A DNA stretch of 64,000 bases from an uncultured Actinomycetes bacterium (lineage in GTDB: Bacteria > Actinomycetota > Thermoleophilia > RBG-16-64-13): positions 24,540 through 88,539 of the forward strand of contig CAVQME010000001.1 in assembly GCA_963713545.1 (NCBI GenBank), given 5' to 3'. Positions 54,157 to 63,962 of this stretch are shown here, piece by piece (positions within the stretch are counted from its first letter, which is position 1; each line of letters starts with the position of its first letter). The position numbers and the translations under genes are program-made. The notes under the pieces were generated by a model that was given only the letters and a program-made list of their open reading frames with translations, was not told where the DNA came from and did not search any database.

Positions 54157-55920
54157 TCGAGCTCCTCTGGCCTATCACCGGGTCCGGCCGGCTGAGCGAC
54201 CGCAGGGGACCTGGACGGAGCCGCGGAAGGAAGGGCCGCCGTGGACGTGACAGGAGCCCCAGGCACGGGCTCGGTGGGGGCCGCAGGCACGGGCTCGGTG
54301 GGGCCCGCCGGGATCCTTGTCTGGAGCGCGGCGGCGCTAGGGGGCACGGCCGGCCTGCGCATCGGCGCATCCACTCCTTGAGGCCGGTCCCCGGCATCCA
54401 ATTCATCGGAAGACCGGGCGCCGATGCCACGCGGGGGCCTGCCGGCCCCCTTGCCGTTCTTCTCCGGGTAGCGGATCCGCTGGCCCAGGAGCCCGAGCAG
54501 ACTCTGGTCAAACGACTGCTCGATCTTGTGCAAGTCGCCCTGCGTGAGATCGGACTCGTCAAGCTGGCCGTCGAGGATCTTCTGCCGGATTATCTCCTGG
54601 ATCAGCCCTTGGATCTTGCGGCGCGTAGGGTACTCGCGATTCTCCATTTCCCGCGCTGCCGCTTCCACGCTGTCGGCCAGCATGATAATGGTCGCCTCTT
54701 TCGAGCGAGGTTTCTGCTCCTCGTAGCGGTAGCTCTCCTCGTAGACCTGGTCTCTCGCGCCTTCCTGGGCCTTGTGATAGAAGTAGGCGAGCACGGAGGT
54801 CCCGTGGTGCTGCTTGATGATATCCACCACCGGCGCCGGCAGCCCGTAGACCTTGCCCAGATCCTCCCCATCGCGGACGTGGGCAGTGATCGCAAGTTTG
54901 GAGAGGCTGGGACTCAGGTAGTCATGGGGATTGTCCGAGTAGAGAGGGGTCTGGTTCTCGTAGAAATACTCCGGACGGACCGTCTTGCCGATGTCATGGT
55001 AGTAAGCTCCAACCTTGGTGAGAAGCGAGTCGGCCCCTATTGCCTCGGCTGCTGCCTCTCCCAAATAGCCCATGTTCATGCTGTGCCTGTACGTACCAGG
55101 CGCGACCTGCATCAGCTTCTTGAGCAAAGGGTGAGCGAGATTCGACAGTTCGAGCAAACGCAAAGGCGTTGTGAGATTGAATACCGTCTCCAGAATCTGG
55201 AGTACGACCATCGCAAGAACACCTGCCAAGAACCCGTTTGCGAGACCCCAGGCACTGGCCTTCAAGAGCGTCACCGAGCGAGGCCTCGCCGAACATCTCG
55301 ACACTGAAGATGGTCAGAGCCGCCAACCCCATGGCGGCAGCGCCGGCCCCCAGTATTGCCTGCCGGGTCGCGACCCGCGACACCAGATACAGCGACAGCG
55401 CTCCCACCACCAGCGCGACCAGCGCGTAGCGCATGCCGAGATCGGTGAGCAGCCCGATATTGAGCGACGTGAGGGAAACGAGTAGGAGCGCGCTGCGCGC
55501 GTTCAGGATGACGGTTACCACCATTCCTAGAGCGGCGACGGGGATGATGTACGCCGATATGGGGGGAATGATCAGAAGCCGCGACACCAGCGTGGCGCCC
55601 ACCAACAGAATAACGAGCGCCAAAAGCAGGTTGTTGTCCACCCGAGGGGACTTGTTGAAACGATACAAAAGGAGCGACAACGTGGCCGCTTCCAACACCG
55701 TGATCAGGAAGACACCCAAGTAGATCTGCCATCCGGAACGGGCGACAGCGCCTTCCTCCACAGTCTGCAACCCAGGAATGAAGGCGGAGGAGATGATGAT
55801 GGTCACGCTGACGACGAAGCAGGAAAGCAGGACCAGTTCGAACCGTCGCCGGTCGCGCTTCTCTATCCACTCCCTGTACTCTGCCAGCCGCTCGCGCAGC
55901 CGGAGACCAAATCGGTCCAT
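54153..55920 (-). pseudogene. pgpH: 7TM-HD (PgpH/YqfF-like) membrane HD-domain phosphohydrolase, frame-disrupted as sequenced
   Basis: The TM-rich N-terminal part is in track ORF 54994-55920, up to ...FSVEMFGEASLGDAL. The remainder (KASAWGLANGFLAGV...APGTYRHSMNM...YYHDIGK...) is in the +1 frame (track 54153-55304). The switch point is around 55255-55290, and an extra T in GCTCTTGAAG is a plausible cause. The C-terminal tail is Pro-rich with a PTEPVP tandem repeat. Confidence 0.85.
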
Positions 55921-55937
55921 GCGATGGTGGGCGGCGT

Positions 55938-57044
55938 CTACGAACCGGCCGCGGCGCCGCTCCTCCGGCCGCCATGACGTCGGTTGTCCGCCCCGCGGGC
56001 TGTGGCTTTGCGGGCCGGCTGGTGCTCTTCGCCGTACTTCTTGTATGCCGACACGATGTCTTGCACGAGCTTGTGGCGCACCACGTCCTGACTATCGAAG
56101 TAGACGAAGGCGATGTCCGGAATACTGGCCAGCACTTCGCGCACGTTGACCAAGCCGGAGTGCTGGCCGCGAGGCAGATCGATCTGCGTGATGTCGCCCG
56201 TGACCACCATCTTCGCTCCGAAACCCAGACGGGTGAGGAACATCTTCATCTGCTCGGGACTCGTGTTCTGCGCCTCGTCCAGGATGATCAGCGAATCGTT
56301 GAGCGTGCGGCCCCGCATGTATGCGAGGGGAGCCACTTCGATCGTCCCTCGCTGCAGGTGGTCGGTCAGGCCGTCGGTGTCCATCATGTCGTAGAGCGCA
56401 TCGAAGAGAGGCCGAAGATAGGGGTCCACCTTCTCCATCAGCCCCCCGGGGAGGAAGCCGAGCTTCTCCCCTGCCTCGACGGCTGGGCGAGTAAGGATGA
56501 TGCGGGCCACGGCACCGGTCAGCAGCGCGGACGTGGCCATGGCCATGGCCAGATAGGTCTTGCCGGTACCGGCCGGTCCGATCCCGAAGGTGATGGTGTT
56601 GTTGCGTATTGCGTCGACATATGCCTTCTGGTTGACGGTCTTGGGCCGGATGCGCCTGCCCCGGTGCTCCAGGATGACATCGCTGACGATGTTGTTGAGG
56701 TCCTTGGCCCAGCCAGGATCGCCGGTGCTGAGCGAAGCGGCCAGTTCAAGAGTTGAACGGTCGAGTCCCTGGCCGGAGCGGAGTAACAGCAGCAGTTCCT
56801 CAACGAGCAACTCCCCCCGCTCCACCTCGGCAGCCTCACCCTCGAGAGTGAGCTGGTTACCCCGCAGGCTGATGTCGCACTGAAGCAGGTCCTCGAGGGT
56901 GCGCAGATAGGTGTCGTGCTCCCCGACGAGCAGCGCCGCCGCCCGATTGTCGAGGTCGATCTGCTTAATGGAGCCGTGCGGGCTCACGCCGCCCCTCCCC
57001 CCATGACCGTCCGTGACCCCATAGAGGCCCCCACCCCGCTTCAC
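55938..57044 (-). CDS. phoH: PhoH-like ATPase (YbeZ)
   Basis: Walker A GPAGTGKTYLAM plus the IILDEAQN and VVTGDITQIDLP motifs. Confidence 0.93.
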   Translation of the reverse strand: MKRGGGLYGVTDGHGGRGGVSPHGSIKQIDLDNRAAALLVGEHDTYLRTLEDLLQCDISLRGNQLTLEGEAAEVERGELLVEELLLLLRSGQGLDRSTLELAASLSTGDPGWAKDLNNIVSDVILEHRGRRIRPKTVNQKAYVDAIRNNTITFGIGPAGTGKTYLAMAMATSALLTGAVARIILTRPAVEAGEKLGFLPGGLMEKVDPYLRPLFDALYDMMDTDGLTDHLQRGTIEVAPLAYMRGRTLNDSLIILDEAQNTSPEQMKMFLTRLGFGAKMVVTGDITQIDLPRGQHSGLVNVREVLASIPDIAFVYFDSQDVVRHKLVQDIVSAYKKYGEEHQPARKATARGADNRRHGGRRSGAAAGS

Positions 57045-57487
57045 GCGGATAGACGCTCCTTGACCAGACGAGATGCCACCTTGCCGTCGACGCGGACGCC
57101 ACCCTTGGCCATGACCGAGGCCATGACCTTCCCCATATCGCGCACGGATGTGGCTCCGGTCTCAGTGATGGCCTGCTCGACGAGACCGGCCAACTCTGTC
57201 TCATCCATCTGCTTGGGCAGCAGCCCCTCGATGATCTGAGTAGCGAATTCCTCATGGGCGATGAGATCTTCGCGCCCGCCCGCCCTGAAAGCCTCGATAG
57301 ACTCCTGGCGGCGTTTGAGCTCACGCCTGAGGACGAGAAGCTCTGCAGCTTCGTCCAACTCCTGGCCGGCCTGCTTGGCTTCCTTCTGCAACTCGCAGAC
57401 GATCATGCGAAGAGCAGCGACCCGTTCCTTGTCGCCGGCCTTGAGAGCCGCGTTGACCGACTCCTGTAGGCTCGAGAGCATGCTCAC
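57041..57487 (-). CDS. GatB/YqeY-domain protein
   Basis: 148-aa ORF. LKAGDKERVAALRMI...GKVMASVMAK...VDGKVAS..VKERL is the YqeY pattern. Confidence 0.9.
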   Translation of the reverse strand: MSMLSSLQESVNAALKAGDKERVAALRMIVCELQKEAKQAGQELDEAAELLVLRRELKRRQESIEAFRAGGREDLIAHEEFATQIIEGLLPKQMDETELAGLVEQAITETGATSVRDMGKVMASVMAKGGVRVDGKVASRLVKERLSA

Positions 57488-57828
57488 CGGAAATCACCCA
57501 AGTCTTCCCCGCCGAGGATGTGAAAATGCAGGTGCTGTACTTCCTGCCCGCCATCGGGGCCGACGTTGACCAATGCCCGGTATCCACTCTCGCTTATGCC
57601 CAGCAAGGCGGCCACGCGAACGATGAACTGAAGAAGCGACTGTCCCTCGCAGTTCTTCCAGCGATGATCCACATCGTTCAGCGACACGATGTGCTCGCGG
57701 GGCACGACCAGCACATGTTGAGGGGCTTTCGGATTGATGTCGCGGAAAGCGACGAAAGTATCGTCCTCAAGGACTCTGTCGCTCGGTATATCCCCGCGTG
57801 CGATCTTGCAGAAAAGGCAGTCATCCAT
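57484..57828 (-). CDS. HIT-family (histidine triad) nucleotide-binding protein
   Basis: CLFCKIARGDIP...QEVQHLHFHILGG is the HxHxHxx motif. Confidence 0.93.
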   Translation of the reverse strand: MDDCLFCKIARGDIPSDRVLEDDTFVAFRDINPKAPQHVLVVPREHIVSLNDVDHRWKNCEGQSLLQFIVRVAALLGISESGYRALVNVGPDGGQEVQHLHFHILGGEDLGDFR

Positions 57829-58020
57829 GGCCCGTGATTATACTACCAATCAGGCCCTGCTCCTCCGCGACCTGACGGACTATGCCGCAAACCCGGTCAA
57901 TCCGGGGGCGTCCTCCCGCCGCATAAGAACGCAGATTGCGCCCGCTGCTGCCCCGTTACGGACCGGCCGTTAGCAAACCGTTAGCAGAATCGGCGCCCCG
58001 GCGGCAAGGCTTGGTGCGGA

Positions 58021-58251
58021 TCAGGAAGCCTTGCGCTCCAGTTTCTCCGCGATCCACACCTTGATCACGGACTGCCGAGTGACCCCAAGCCGCTTGGCCT
58101 CGCGATCGAGCGAATCGACCATCCATGAGGGGAAGTCGACGTTGACACGGCGCGGAGTCTGGTTGGGACGGGTTGTGCCGGACAGGTCGAGGTCATCGAT
58201 GATGTCCTCGACACCCTCGTCGAACTTCTTGTCGAAATCAGTCGCCTTCAT
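58021..58251 (-). CDS. brnA: BrnA-family antitoxin (RHH/CopG-like)
   Basis: 76-aa ORF. The tail ...VNVDFPSWMVDSLDREAKRLGVTRQSVIKVWIAEKL is a ribbon-helix-helix. It overlaps the upstream DUF497 gene by 14 nt. Confidence 0.8.
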   Translation of the reverse strand: MKATDFDKKFDEGVEDIIDDLDLSGTTRPNQTPRRVNVDFPSWMVDSLDREAKRLGVTRQSVIKVWIAEKLERKAS

Positions 58252-58501
58252 AGATCGCGACCTCCTTTGCCCGAGAGCGCCTCACTGAAACGATTCGGGT
58301 GCGGCCTTCGCGGTGAGTAATGACCGCCGAGTAGTGCTTGCTCCCGATGGCGCCGATGACGAGCGAGCGCGGCTCGTCCACCGTCTTCGCCGGGATCTCG
58401 ATCAGAAACTCATCGAGCCACAACTCCTGGGCCGCTAAGAAGTCGATGCCGTGCTTGGCCGCGTTCGCATCCGACTTCGCTTGATCGAACTCGAACTCCA
58501 C
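58238..58501 (-). CDS. brnT: BrnT-family toxin (DUF497 ribonuclease)
   Basis: 87-aa ORF reading (M)EFEFDQAKSDANAAKHGIDF...VIGAIGSKHYSAVITHREGRTRIVSVRRSRAKE. GTG start follows AGAGAGGGG. Confidence 0.85.
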   Translation of the reverse strand: MEFEFDQAKSDANAAKHGIDFLAAQELWLDEFLIEIPAKTVDEPRSLVIGAIGSKHYSAVITHREGRTRIVSVRRSRAKEVAIYEGD

Positions 58502-58536
58502 CGTGCAGCCCCTCTCTGCGCCGTTACAGTATAGAA

Positions 58537-58564
58537 ACTATACCACTGTTACAGGAAGATTCAA
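58537..58564 (-). promoter_or_regulatory. Candidate sigma-70-type promoter of brnTA
   Basis: On the minus strand: TTGAAT (58564-58559), a 16-nt spacer, then TATAGT (58542-58537). It overlaps an imperfect palindrome, GTTACAGTATAG..CTATAC..TGTTAC. Confidence 0.4.
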
Positions 58565-58661
58565 TCCGGGATCCGGCGACCGCTGTACGCTCAACGCCCG
58601 GCGCTTCGTCTGCGCCCGAATGACTCAGTCCGCAGATGGCTCCTGAGTGGCGCTCAACGTC

Positions 58662-59591
58662 CTACCAATCCCCCAGCGCAAGCCGGGCCACGGCCACCGC
58701 CACCGGTCCCGCGGTCTCCGCGCGGAGCACGCTTCGTCCCAGTCTGACCCTCTTCGCGCCGGCGGCGCCCAGACGCTCCAACTCCTCCCCCGTCCAACCG
58801 CTCTCGGGACCGACCCAGAGGGCGAGGCGCGCCGGCCGCTCCGCGTCCCGCGCCCCCCCCGACAGGTCTCCCCGCCCCCATGCCGCCGCCACGGCCTCGT
58901 GCAGGCCGTCGGAAGCGCCCGGCTCAAGGACCAGCGAAATCGTCTCTACGCCCAGGCGGTCTAGCGCATCATCGATCGAACCCAGCACGTCGACGGACGG
59001 CAACGCCAGTTGCTTGCTCTGTTTGGCCGCCTCCCGAACGATCCGGCGCCAGCGAGCCAACCGAGGGCCTCGCGACGCTCCGGACCGCAGAGCCGACCCC
59101 GCGGCCGGCACGAGAAGGAAGAAGCTGGCGCCTACCTCGGTCCCCTTCTCCAGAAGGTAGTCTGTTACCGCCGGCCGGGTCATGCCCTGCACGAGGCCCA
59201 CCGGTATCGCATAGGCCGCTCCCGCCTGCCTTCCCTCCAGAGGAGCGACGAGCCGGACCCTGACCCGGCCGGCCGTCGAGGTCGCGACGGCTTGGTAGGC
59301 CGCGCCGCTCGAGCCCGGCCCGGCGGGCAAAAGCACCACCTCACAGGGGTCGCCGACCCCCAGCCGCAGCACACGGACTGCGTGGTGCGAATCCTCAGGG
59401 TCGAGCGCGAGCTCGTTTCCAGAAAGGTCCACTCCCGGAGTCGCGAGCGCAGACCCCGCTGCCAGGGAACGCCCCTCGAAGGGATCCGCAGACTCTACGA
59501 AGAAGCGGGGGAGATAGCTAGGGCGTCCATCGACCCCGGAACAAGCACGCAGGTCCCCGGCGTTCGGTCGCTTGGCCCGCGAGCGCCCCAC
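58662..59591 (-). CDS. rsmE: 16S rRNA (uracil1498-N3)-methyltransferase RsmE
   Basis: LPRFFVES...HHAVRVLRLGVGD... is followed by a SPOUT C-terminal region (VGPESGWTGEE...LGRSVLRAETA). The exact start is uncertain. Confidence 0.87.
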   Translation of the reverse strand: MGRSRAKRPNAGDLRACSGVDGRPSYLPRFFVESADPFEGRSLAAGSALATPGVDLSGNELALDPEDSHHAVRVLRLGVGDPCEVVLLPAGPGSSGAAYQAVATSTAGRVRVRLVAPLEGRQAGAAYAIPVGLVQGMTRPAVTDYLLEKGTEVGASFFLLVPAAGSALRSGASRGPRLARWRRIVREAAKQSKQLALPSVDVLGSIDDALDRLGVETISLVLEPGASDGLHEAVAAAWGRGDLSGGARDAERPARLALWVGPESGWTGEELERLGAAGAKRVRLGRSVLRAETAGPVAVAVARLALGDW

Positions 59592-59604
59592 TTCAGCCCC
59601 GTGA

Positions 59605-60930
59605 TCAGGGCGCGGCAGTCGTAGAGCCGGCGATCAGCTCCTCGGCTGCCTGCAATCCCTCGTCGACCTCGGTCGCGGGATCGTCGGGAGCCGCCACATC
59701 CGGGATGATGCCGGTCTCGTTTATGTCCCGGCCATCCGGTGTGAAGTAGACGGCTATCGTCACTTTCAAGGCTCCACCGTTGCTGAGCGGCATGATGCTC
59801 TGGACCAGGCCCTTACTGAAAGTGGTCTCCCCCACGATGGTGGCCCGCTCGTGGTCCTGCAACGCCCCGGAAACGATCTCCGAGGAGCTGGCGGTGAACT
59901 CGTCGACGAGGACGATGACGGGAATATCTGTGTAGGCCCCCCCCTCAGCGTACCTGACCTCCTTCGGAACGTGCAGCCCTTCCTCGGAGACCACTACTTC
60001 ACCCTCTGGAACGAAGATGCTGGCCACACTCACCGCCTCATTCAGCCACCCACCGAGGTTGCCGCGCAGGTCCAGGATGATCGCGCTCACGCCGTCGCTC
60101 TTGATGGCCCGCTCTACCTCGGCTCGGAGCTGAGCCGCTGAGTTGTCATAGAAGTTGAAGAGGCTTATAAGCGCGACCTTCTCACCATCTACGTCGAGCA
60201 TCTCAGACTCCACTGCTGGGATCTCGATGGTCTTGCGGGCGAGCGTGTAGTCCGTGGTCTCCCCCCCTGAGGGGAGCTTCGACAGATCGGCCGTGGGCGC
60301 GGCGGCGGGTTCCTCGGTGTCCTGTCCCCCGTCCTCGTTCGCGGCGACCGTCGTTGTCGTAGTCGGAGCGGGCGGCCGATACATGGTCAAGGTGACCGTC
60401 GTGCCTTCAGGGCCCTTGATCCCAGCGACCACCTGGTCGAGGTCCTCGCCATCTGTCGAAACCCCGTCGACCGCCAGGATTATGTCCCCTCGTACGATGC
60501 CCGCCAGCTCAGCGGGGCTCCCCTTGAACGTGGAGACGACCGTGACGAGGTCGTCGCTCATCTCAACGACCATGCCCACTCCACTGTACTCTCCGGACGT
60601 ACGTTGCATATACAGAGCGTACGTCTCGGGGTCCCAGTAGACCGTGTAATCGTCCCCCAATCCGGCCACCATGCCATCTATGGCATCGTTTTCGAGCTCC
60701 GCTGCATCGAAAGGCTTGTAGAAGTTGGACTCGAGCTTCTCCAGCACCTCCTGCTGGAGGGCGAAATCCTCGCCGGAGCCGCTCGAACCGAAGAAGCTGC
60801 CGGGCAGAACGTTGCGCAGCGCCCCGCGGACATCGGGGTTGAGTCCCACGAGGACCCCACCCGAGACCAGGAGGATGGCGGCCACCAGGCCGGCCACCGC
60901 CAACAGTACTGTCTTGGCAGTCTTGGACAT
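59605..60930 (-). CDS. S41-family carboxy-terminal processing peptidase with PDZ domain
   Basis: N-terminal TM anchor, PDZ (GSPAELAGIVRGDIILAVDGVST), the catalytic region LDLRGNLGGW and VLVDEFTASSSE. A Thr/Pro-rich insert is present. Confidence 0.92.
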   Translation of the reverse strand: MSKTAKTVLLAVAGLVAAILLVSGGVLVGLNPDVRGALRNVLPGSFFGSSGSGEDFALQQEVLEKLESNFYKPFDAAELENDAIDGMVAGLGDDYTVYWDPETYALYMQRTSGEYSGVGMVVEMSDDLVTVVSTFKGSPAELAGIVRGDIILAVDGVSTDGEDLDQVVAGIKGPEGTTVTLTMYRPPAPTTTTTVAANEDGGQDTEEPAAAPTADLSKLPSGGETTDYTLARKTIEIPAVESEMLDVDGEKVALISLFNFYDNSAAQLRAEVERAIKSDGVSAIILDLRGNLGGWLNEAVSVASIFVPEGEVVVSEEGLHVPKEVRYAEGGAYTDIPVIVLVDEFTASSSEIVSGALQDHERATIVGETTFSKGLVQSIMPLSNGGALKVTIAVYFTPDGRDINETGIIPDVAAPDDPATEVDEGLQAAEELIAGSTTAAP

Positions 60931-60981
60931 GCTCTACCTCGCTAAGCTCTCGCGGAATCTAAAGGATGGTCGTGCGCCGGC

Positions 60982-61866
60982 TCAGACCTTGAGGAAGCGC
61001 CGGAGCCCGATACCCGAACCGGCCGCCCCGATCACCACCCCCACAGCGAGCAGGATGACGACGACCAGGACGTACGGCACCGCGTCGAGAGGGACGGACA
61101 TGAAGGGCAGGCTGTCCCGGATCTTGTCGACGAGGTAGGCATTGAGAGCCAGAACCACGGCGGCGGCGACCGCCGCGCCGAGGAAGCCCACCGTCACCCC
61201 CTCGATCACGAAGGGCCAGCGGATGAACCAGTTGGTCGCCCCCACCAACTTCATGATCTCCACTTCCCGCTTGCGGGCGAAGATCGAGAGGCGGATGGTG
61301 TTGGAGATGAGCAGAATGGCAACGATGCCCAGCAGGATGATGAAGATGAGCATGAAGTTCCGCGCCTGGGAGGTGAAGGCGAAGAGCTTGTCCGCTATCT
61401 CCTTGCCGTACCTGACCTCGTCGACGATCGGGTCGCCTTCGAACCGCGCCGCGATCTCGTCCACCGTCTGTGGATCTACGAGAGCGATCTCGAAGGAAGC
61501 CGGCAAGGGGTTGCTTTTGAGGTTCTCGAGGATCTCAGGATTGTCTTTGAAATCCTCCTTGAGGCTCTCGAGTGCGTCGACCTTGCTCACATAGACCACG
61601 CTCTTGACCTCCGGCCAGCTCGTGATCTCCGCTGTCATCTCCTTGACCGCGGTGGCATCGGGATCGGGATCGGCGACCAGGTAGACGGTGATCTCGACCT
61701 TCTGTTCCACTTCCTGGAGAAGGGCATCGGAGGTGTAGACGAACACCAGCACCCCGCCCAGCACCACGATCGACAGAAAGACCGTCACCAGAGCGGCGAT
61801 GGTCATGAAGTAGTTGCGTCTCAAGGACCCGAAGGCTTCCTTGAAGAAGAAGCTAATCCTCCCCAT
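60982..61866 (-). CDS. ftsX: Cell-division protein FtsX
   Basis: 294-aa ORF with TM1, a periplasmic domain and three C-terminal TM helices. It overlaps ftsE by 14 nt. Confidence 0.92.
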   Translation of the reverse strand: MGRISFFFKEAFGSLRRNYFMTIAALVTVFLSIVVLGGVLVFVYTSDALLQEVEQKVEITVYLVADPDPDATAVKEMTAEITSWPEVKSVVYVSKVDALESLKEDFKDNPEILENLKSNPLPASFEIALVDPQTVDEIAARFEGDPIVDEVRYGKEIADKLFAFTSQARNFMLIFIILLGIVAILLISNTIRLSIFARKREVEIMKLVGATNWFIRWPFVIEGVTVGFLGAAVAAAVVLALNAYLVDKIRDSLPFMSVPLDAVPYVLVVVILLAVGVVIGAAGSGIGLRRFLKV

Positions 61867-62536
61867 AGCCGCCTCGACTCTGGTCGCGCACCACTCTCCC
61901 CGCGTCGAGCGCGACCACGCGGCGGCGCATGCGGTCGACCATCTCCCGGTCGTGCGTAGCCATCAGCACGGTGGTGCCGGTCTTGTTGATGCGGTACAGC
62001 AGCTGCATGATCCCCATAGACGTATCGGGATCGAGGTTGCCGGTCGGCTCGTCGGCGATGAGTAGAGGAGGATGATTCACGAAGGCCCGGGCTATCGACA
62101 CCCGCTGCTGCTCGCCACCGGAGAGCTCGTTGGGGTAGCTGTTGGCCTTGTGACCCAGGCCTACGAGGGAAAGGATCTCGCTCGCCTTCTTCTTGGAAGC
62201 GCTCGTTGCACTGCCCGTCACCACCAGGGCGTACATGATGTTGTCGAAGGCCGTCTTGTTAGGGAGGAGCTTGAAATCCTGGAAGACGCAGCCGATGTTG
62301 CGCCGCAGGTATGGGACCTTCCATCTCCGCAGGGTGGCCAGATCGCGGCCGCCTACCGAGACACGGCCCCGGTCGGGCTCCAATTCGCGGATGAGCAGAC
62401 GGATGAAAGTGGATTTACCCGAGCCCGAAGGCCCCACGAGAAAAACGAACTCCCCCTTCTCGATGTGAAGACTGACCTTCTCCAGACCGACGGTGCTGGG
62501 GGGGTAGATCTTGGTGACGTCTTCGAACTTGATCAC
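61853..62536 (-). CDS. ftsE: Cell-division ATP-binding protein FtsE
   Basis: GPSGSGKST, LSGGEQQR and LLIADEPTGNLD motifs. Confidence 0.95.
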   Translation of the reverse strand: MIKFEDVTKIYPPSTVGLEKVSLHIEKGEFVFLVGPSGSGKSTFIRLLIRELEPDRGRVSVGGRDLATLRRWKVPYLRRNIGCVFQDFKLLPNKTAFDNIMYALVVTGSATSASKKKASEILSLVGLGHKANSYPNELSGGEQQRVSIARAFVNHPPLLIADEPTGNLDPDTSMGIMQLLYRINKTGTTVLMATHDREMVDRMRRRVVALDAGRVVRDQSRGGYGED

Positions 62537-62628
62537 GTGATACCTTCAACCTCCGTTACTGGGGCATCTTGAGGGTATTCTGCAAAGCCCCAAGAAAGCC
62601 TCCGTGCCTACACGTGCGGTCGCGTTGA

Positions 62629-63811
62629 CTATGAGACGGTCCGTCCCGCCATCGGTTTCCCGAGCTTCCCGGTGGATCTCTGCCAGAGGAACTCGCGTAT
62701 GAAATCGTCCAGCCCGCCATTGAGAACGGCGTCGACGTTGCCCTTCTCCAGATTGGTGCGATGGTCCTTCACCAGAGTGTACGGGGCGAGCACATAAGAT
62801 CGGATCTGGCTCCCCCAGGCTATCTCCTTCTGCTCCCCCTTTTCCCGGGCCAGCTCCTGCTCGCGTTTCTCGTGCTCGAGCAGGAGGAGCTTGCCGCGCA
62901 GCATGCGCATGGCCGTCTCCCGGTTCTGGATCTGGGAGCGTTCGTTCTGACACTGCACCACGGTCTTCGTGGGGACGTGGGTGATCCTCACGGCCGAGTC
63001 GGTCTTGTTGACGTGCTGCCCACCCGCGCCCGAGGAGCGGTAGGTCTCGACCCTGAGGTCTTTCTCGTCGATGTCCAGCTCGACCTCCCCGTCGATGAGC
63101 GGAGCGACATCGACCGAGGCGAACGATGTGTGCCGCCGGCTGGCGGCGTCGAAGGGCGAGATCCGCACGAGGCGGTGCACCCCCCGTTCGGCGGAGAGGA
63201 GCCCGTAGGCATTCTCGCCGTGCACGGTGAAGGTGGCGCTCTTGAGACCGGCCTCATCACCCTCGGACGCTTCGTTCAACTCCACGGCGAAACCTCGCGC
63301 CTGCGCCCAGCGCAGGTACATGCGGAGAAGCATCTCGGCCCAATCTTGGCTCTCGGTCCCCCCCGCTCCAGGGTGGATGCTCACTATGGCGTCGCCCGCG
63401 TCGAACTCCCCCGTGAAGAGACGCTGTTCCTCCAGATGCTCCACCGCCCGAGCGATCGCGCTCGCCACCCGTTCGGTCTCTTCCTCCAGCTCCTCAGGGA
63501 CCTCGTCGCCGGAACCCTCTTCGCCGGCCATGTCAAGAAGGGTCTCAAGGTCGTCGACCTGGGAGGCGAGCGACTGGAAGTCGTCCAGCCGACTGCGCAG
63601 CCGGCTGTAGCGCGTGCTCACGGCCTGGGCGTGACTCTGATCGTCCCAGAAATCGGGGGCGCGCATCGCCTCCTCGAGAGCGGCGATGTCGCGCGTCAGC
63701 GCGTCGGGGTCAAAGATAGTCCCTTGCCCAGAGGAGCTTCTGACGGAACACCGCCAGCAGCTCTCGGTACTCGGCAAGGGACGCTGTCTGTCTCTCTGTC
63801 TTTTCAGCCAT
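62629..63811 (-). CDS. prfB: Peptide chain release factor 2, with programmed +1 frameshift
   Basis: ATG at 63811 opens a 33-codon frame, MAEKTERQTASLAEYRELLAVFRQKLLWARDYL-TGA. After a +1 shift the long frame continues DPDALTRDIAALEE... with the SPF-region and GGQ motifs (SSGAGGQHVNKTDSAVR). Confidence 0.95.
63709..63724 (-). promoter_or_regulatory. RF2 autoregulatory +1 frameshift site
   Basis: The minus strand reads AGGGAC UAU CUU UGA C. This is an internal SD-like element plus the CUU UGA C slippery stop, nearly identical to the E. coli prfB site. Confidence 0.9.
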
Positions 63812-63962
63812 CTTCCCGGGGAGTATAGCCTAGGCTGGATGATATGTCCCCTTTGCAGGAACGATCGGGTCCATAAAGGCGGTGCCGGCCGGGGCCTGGA
63901 CCGGTGGCCGGGGCCGAGCCGAGCGCCCGCGTCGTCTCAGAGCCTGCCGGCCGGCGGGCGGC

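Noticed and set aside
57960-57995. Direct repeat CCGTTAGCA x2 downstream of brnA as an att site
   Set aside because: It is too short, has no matching copy on the other side of the TA patch, and could be chance.
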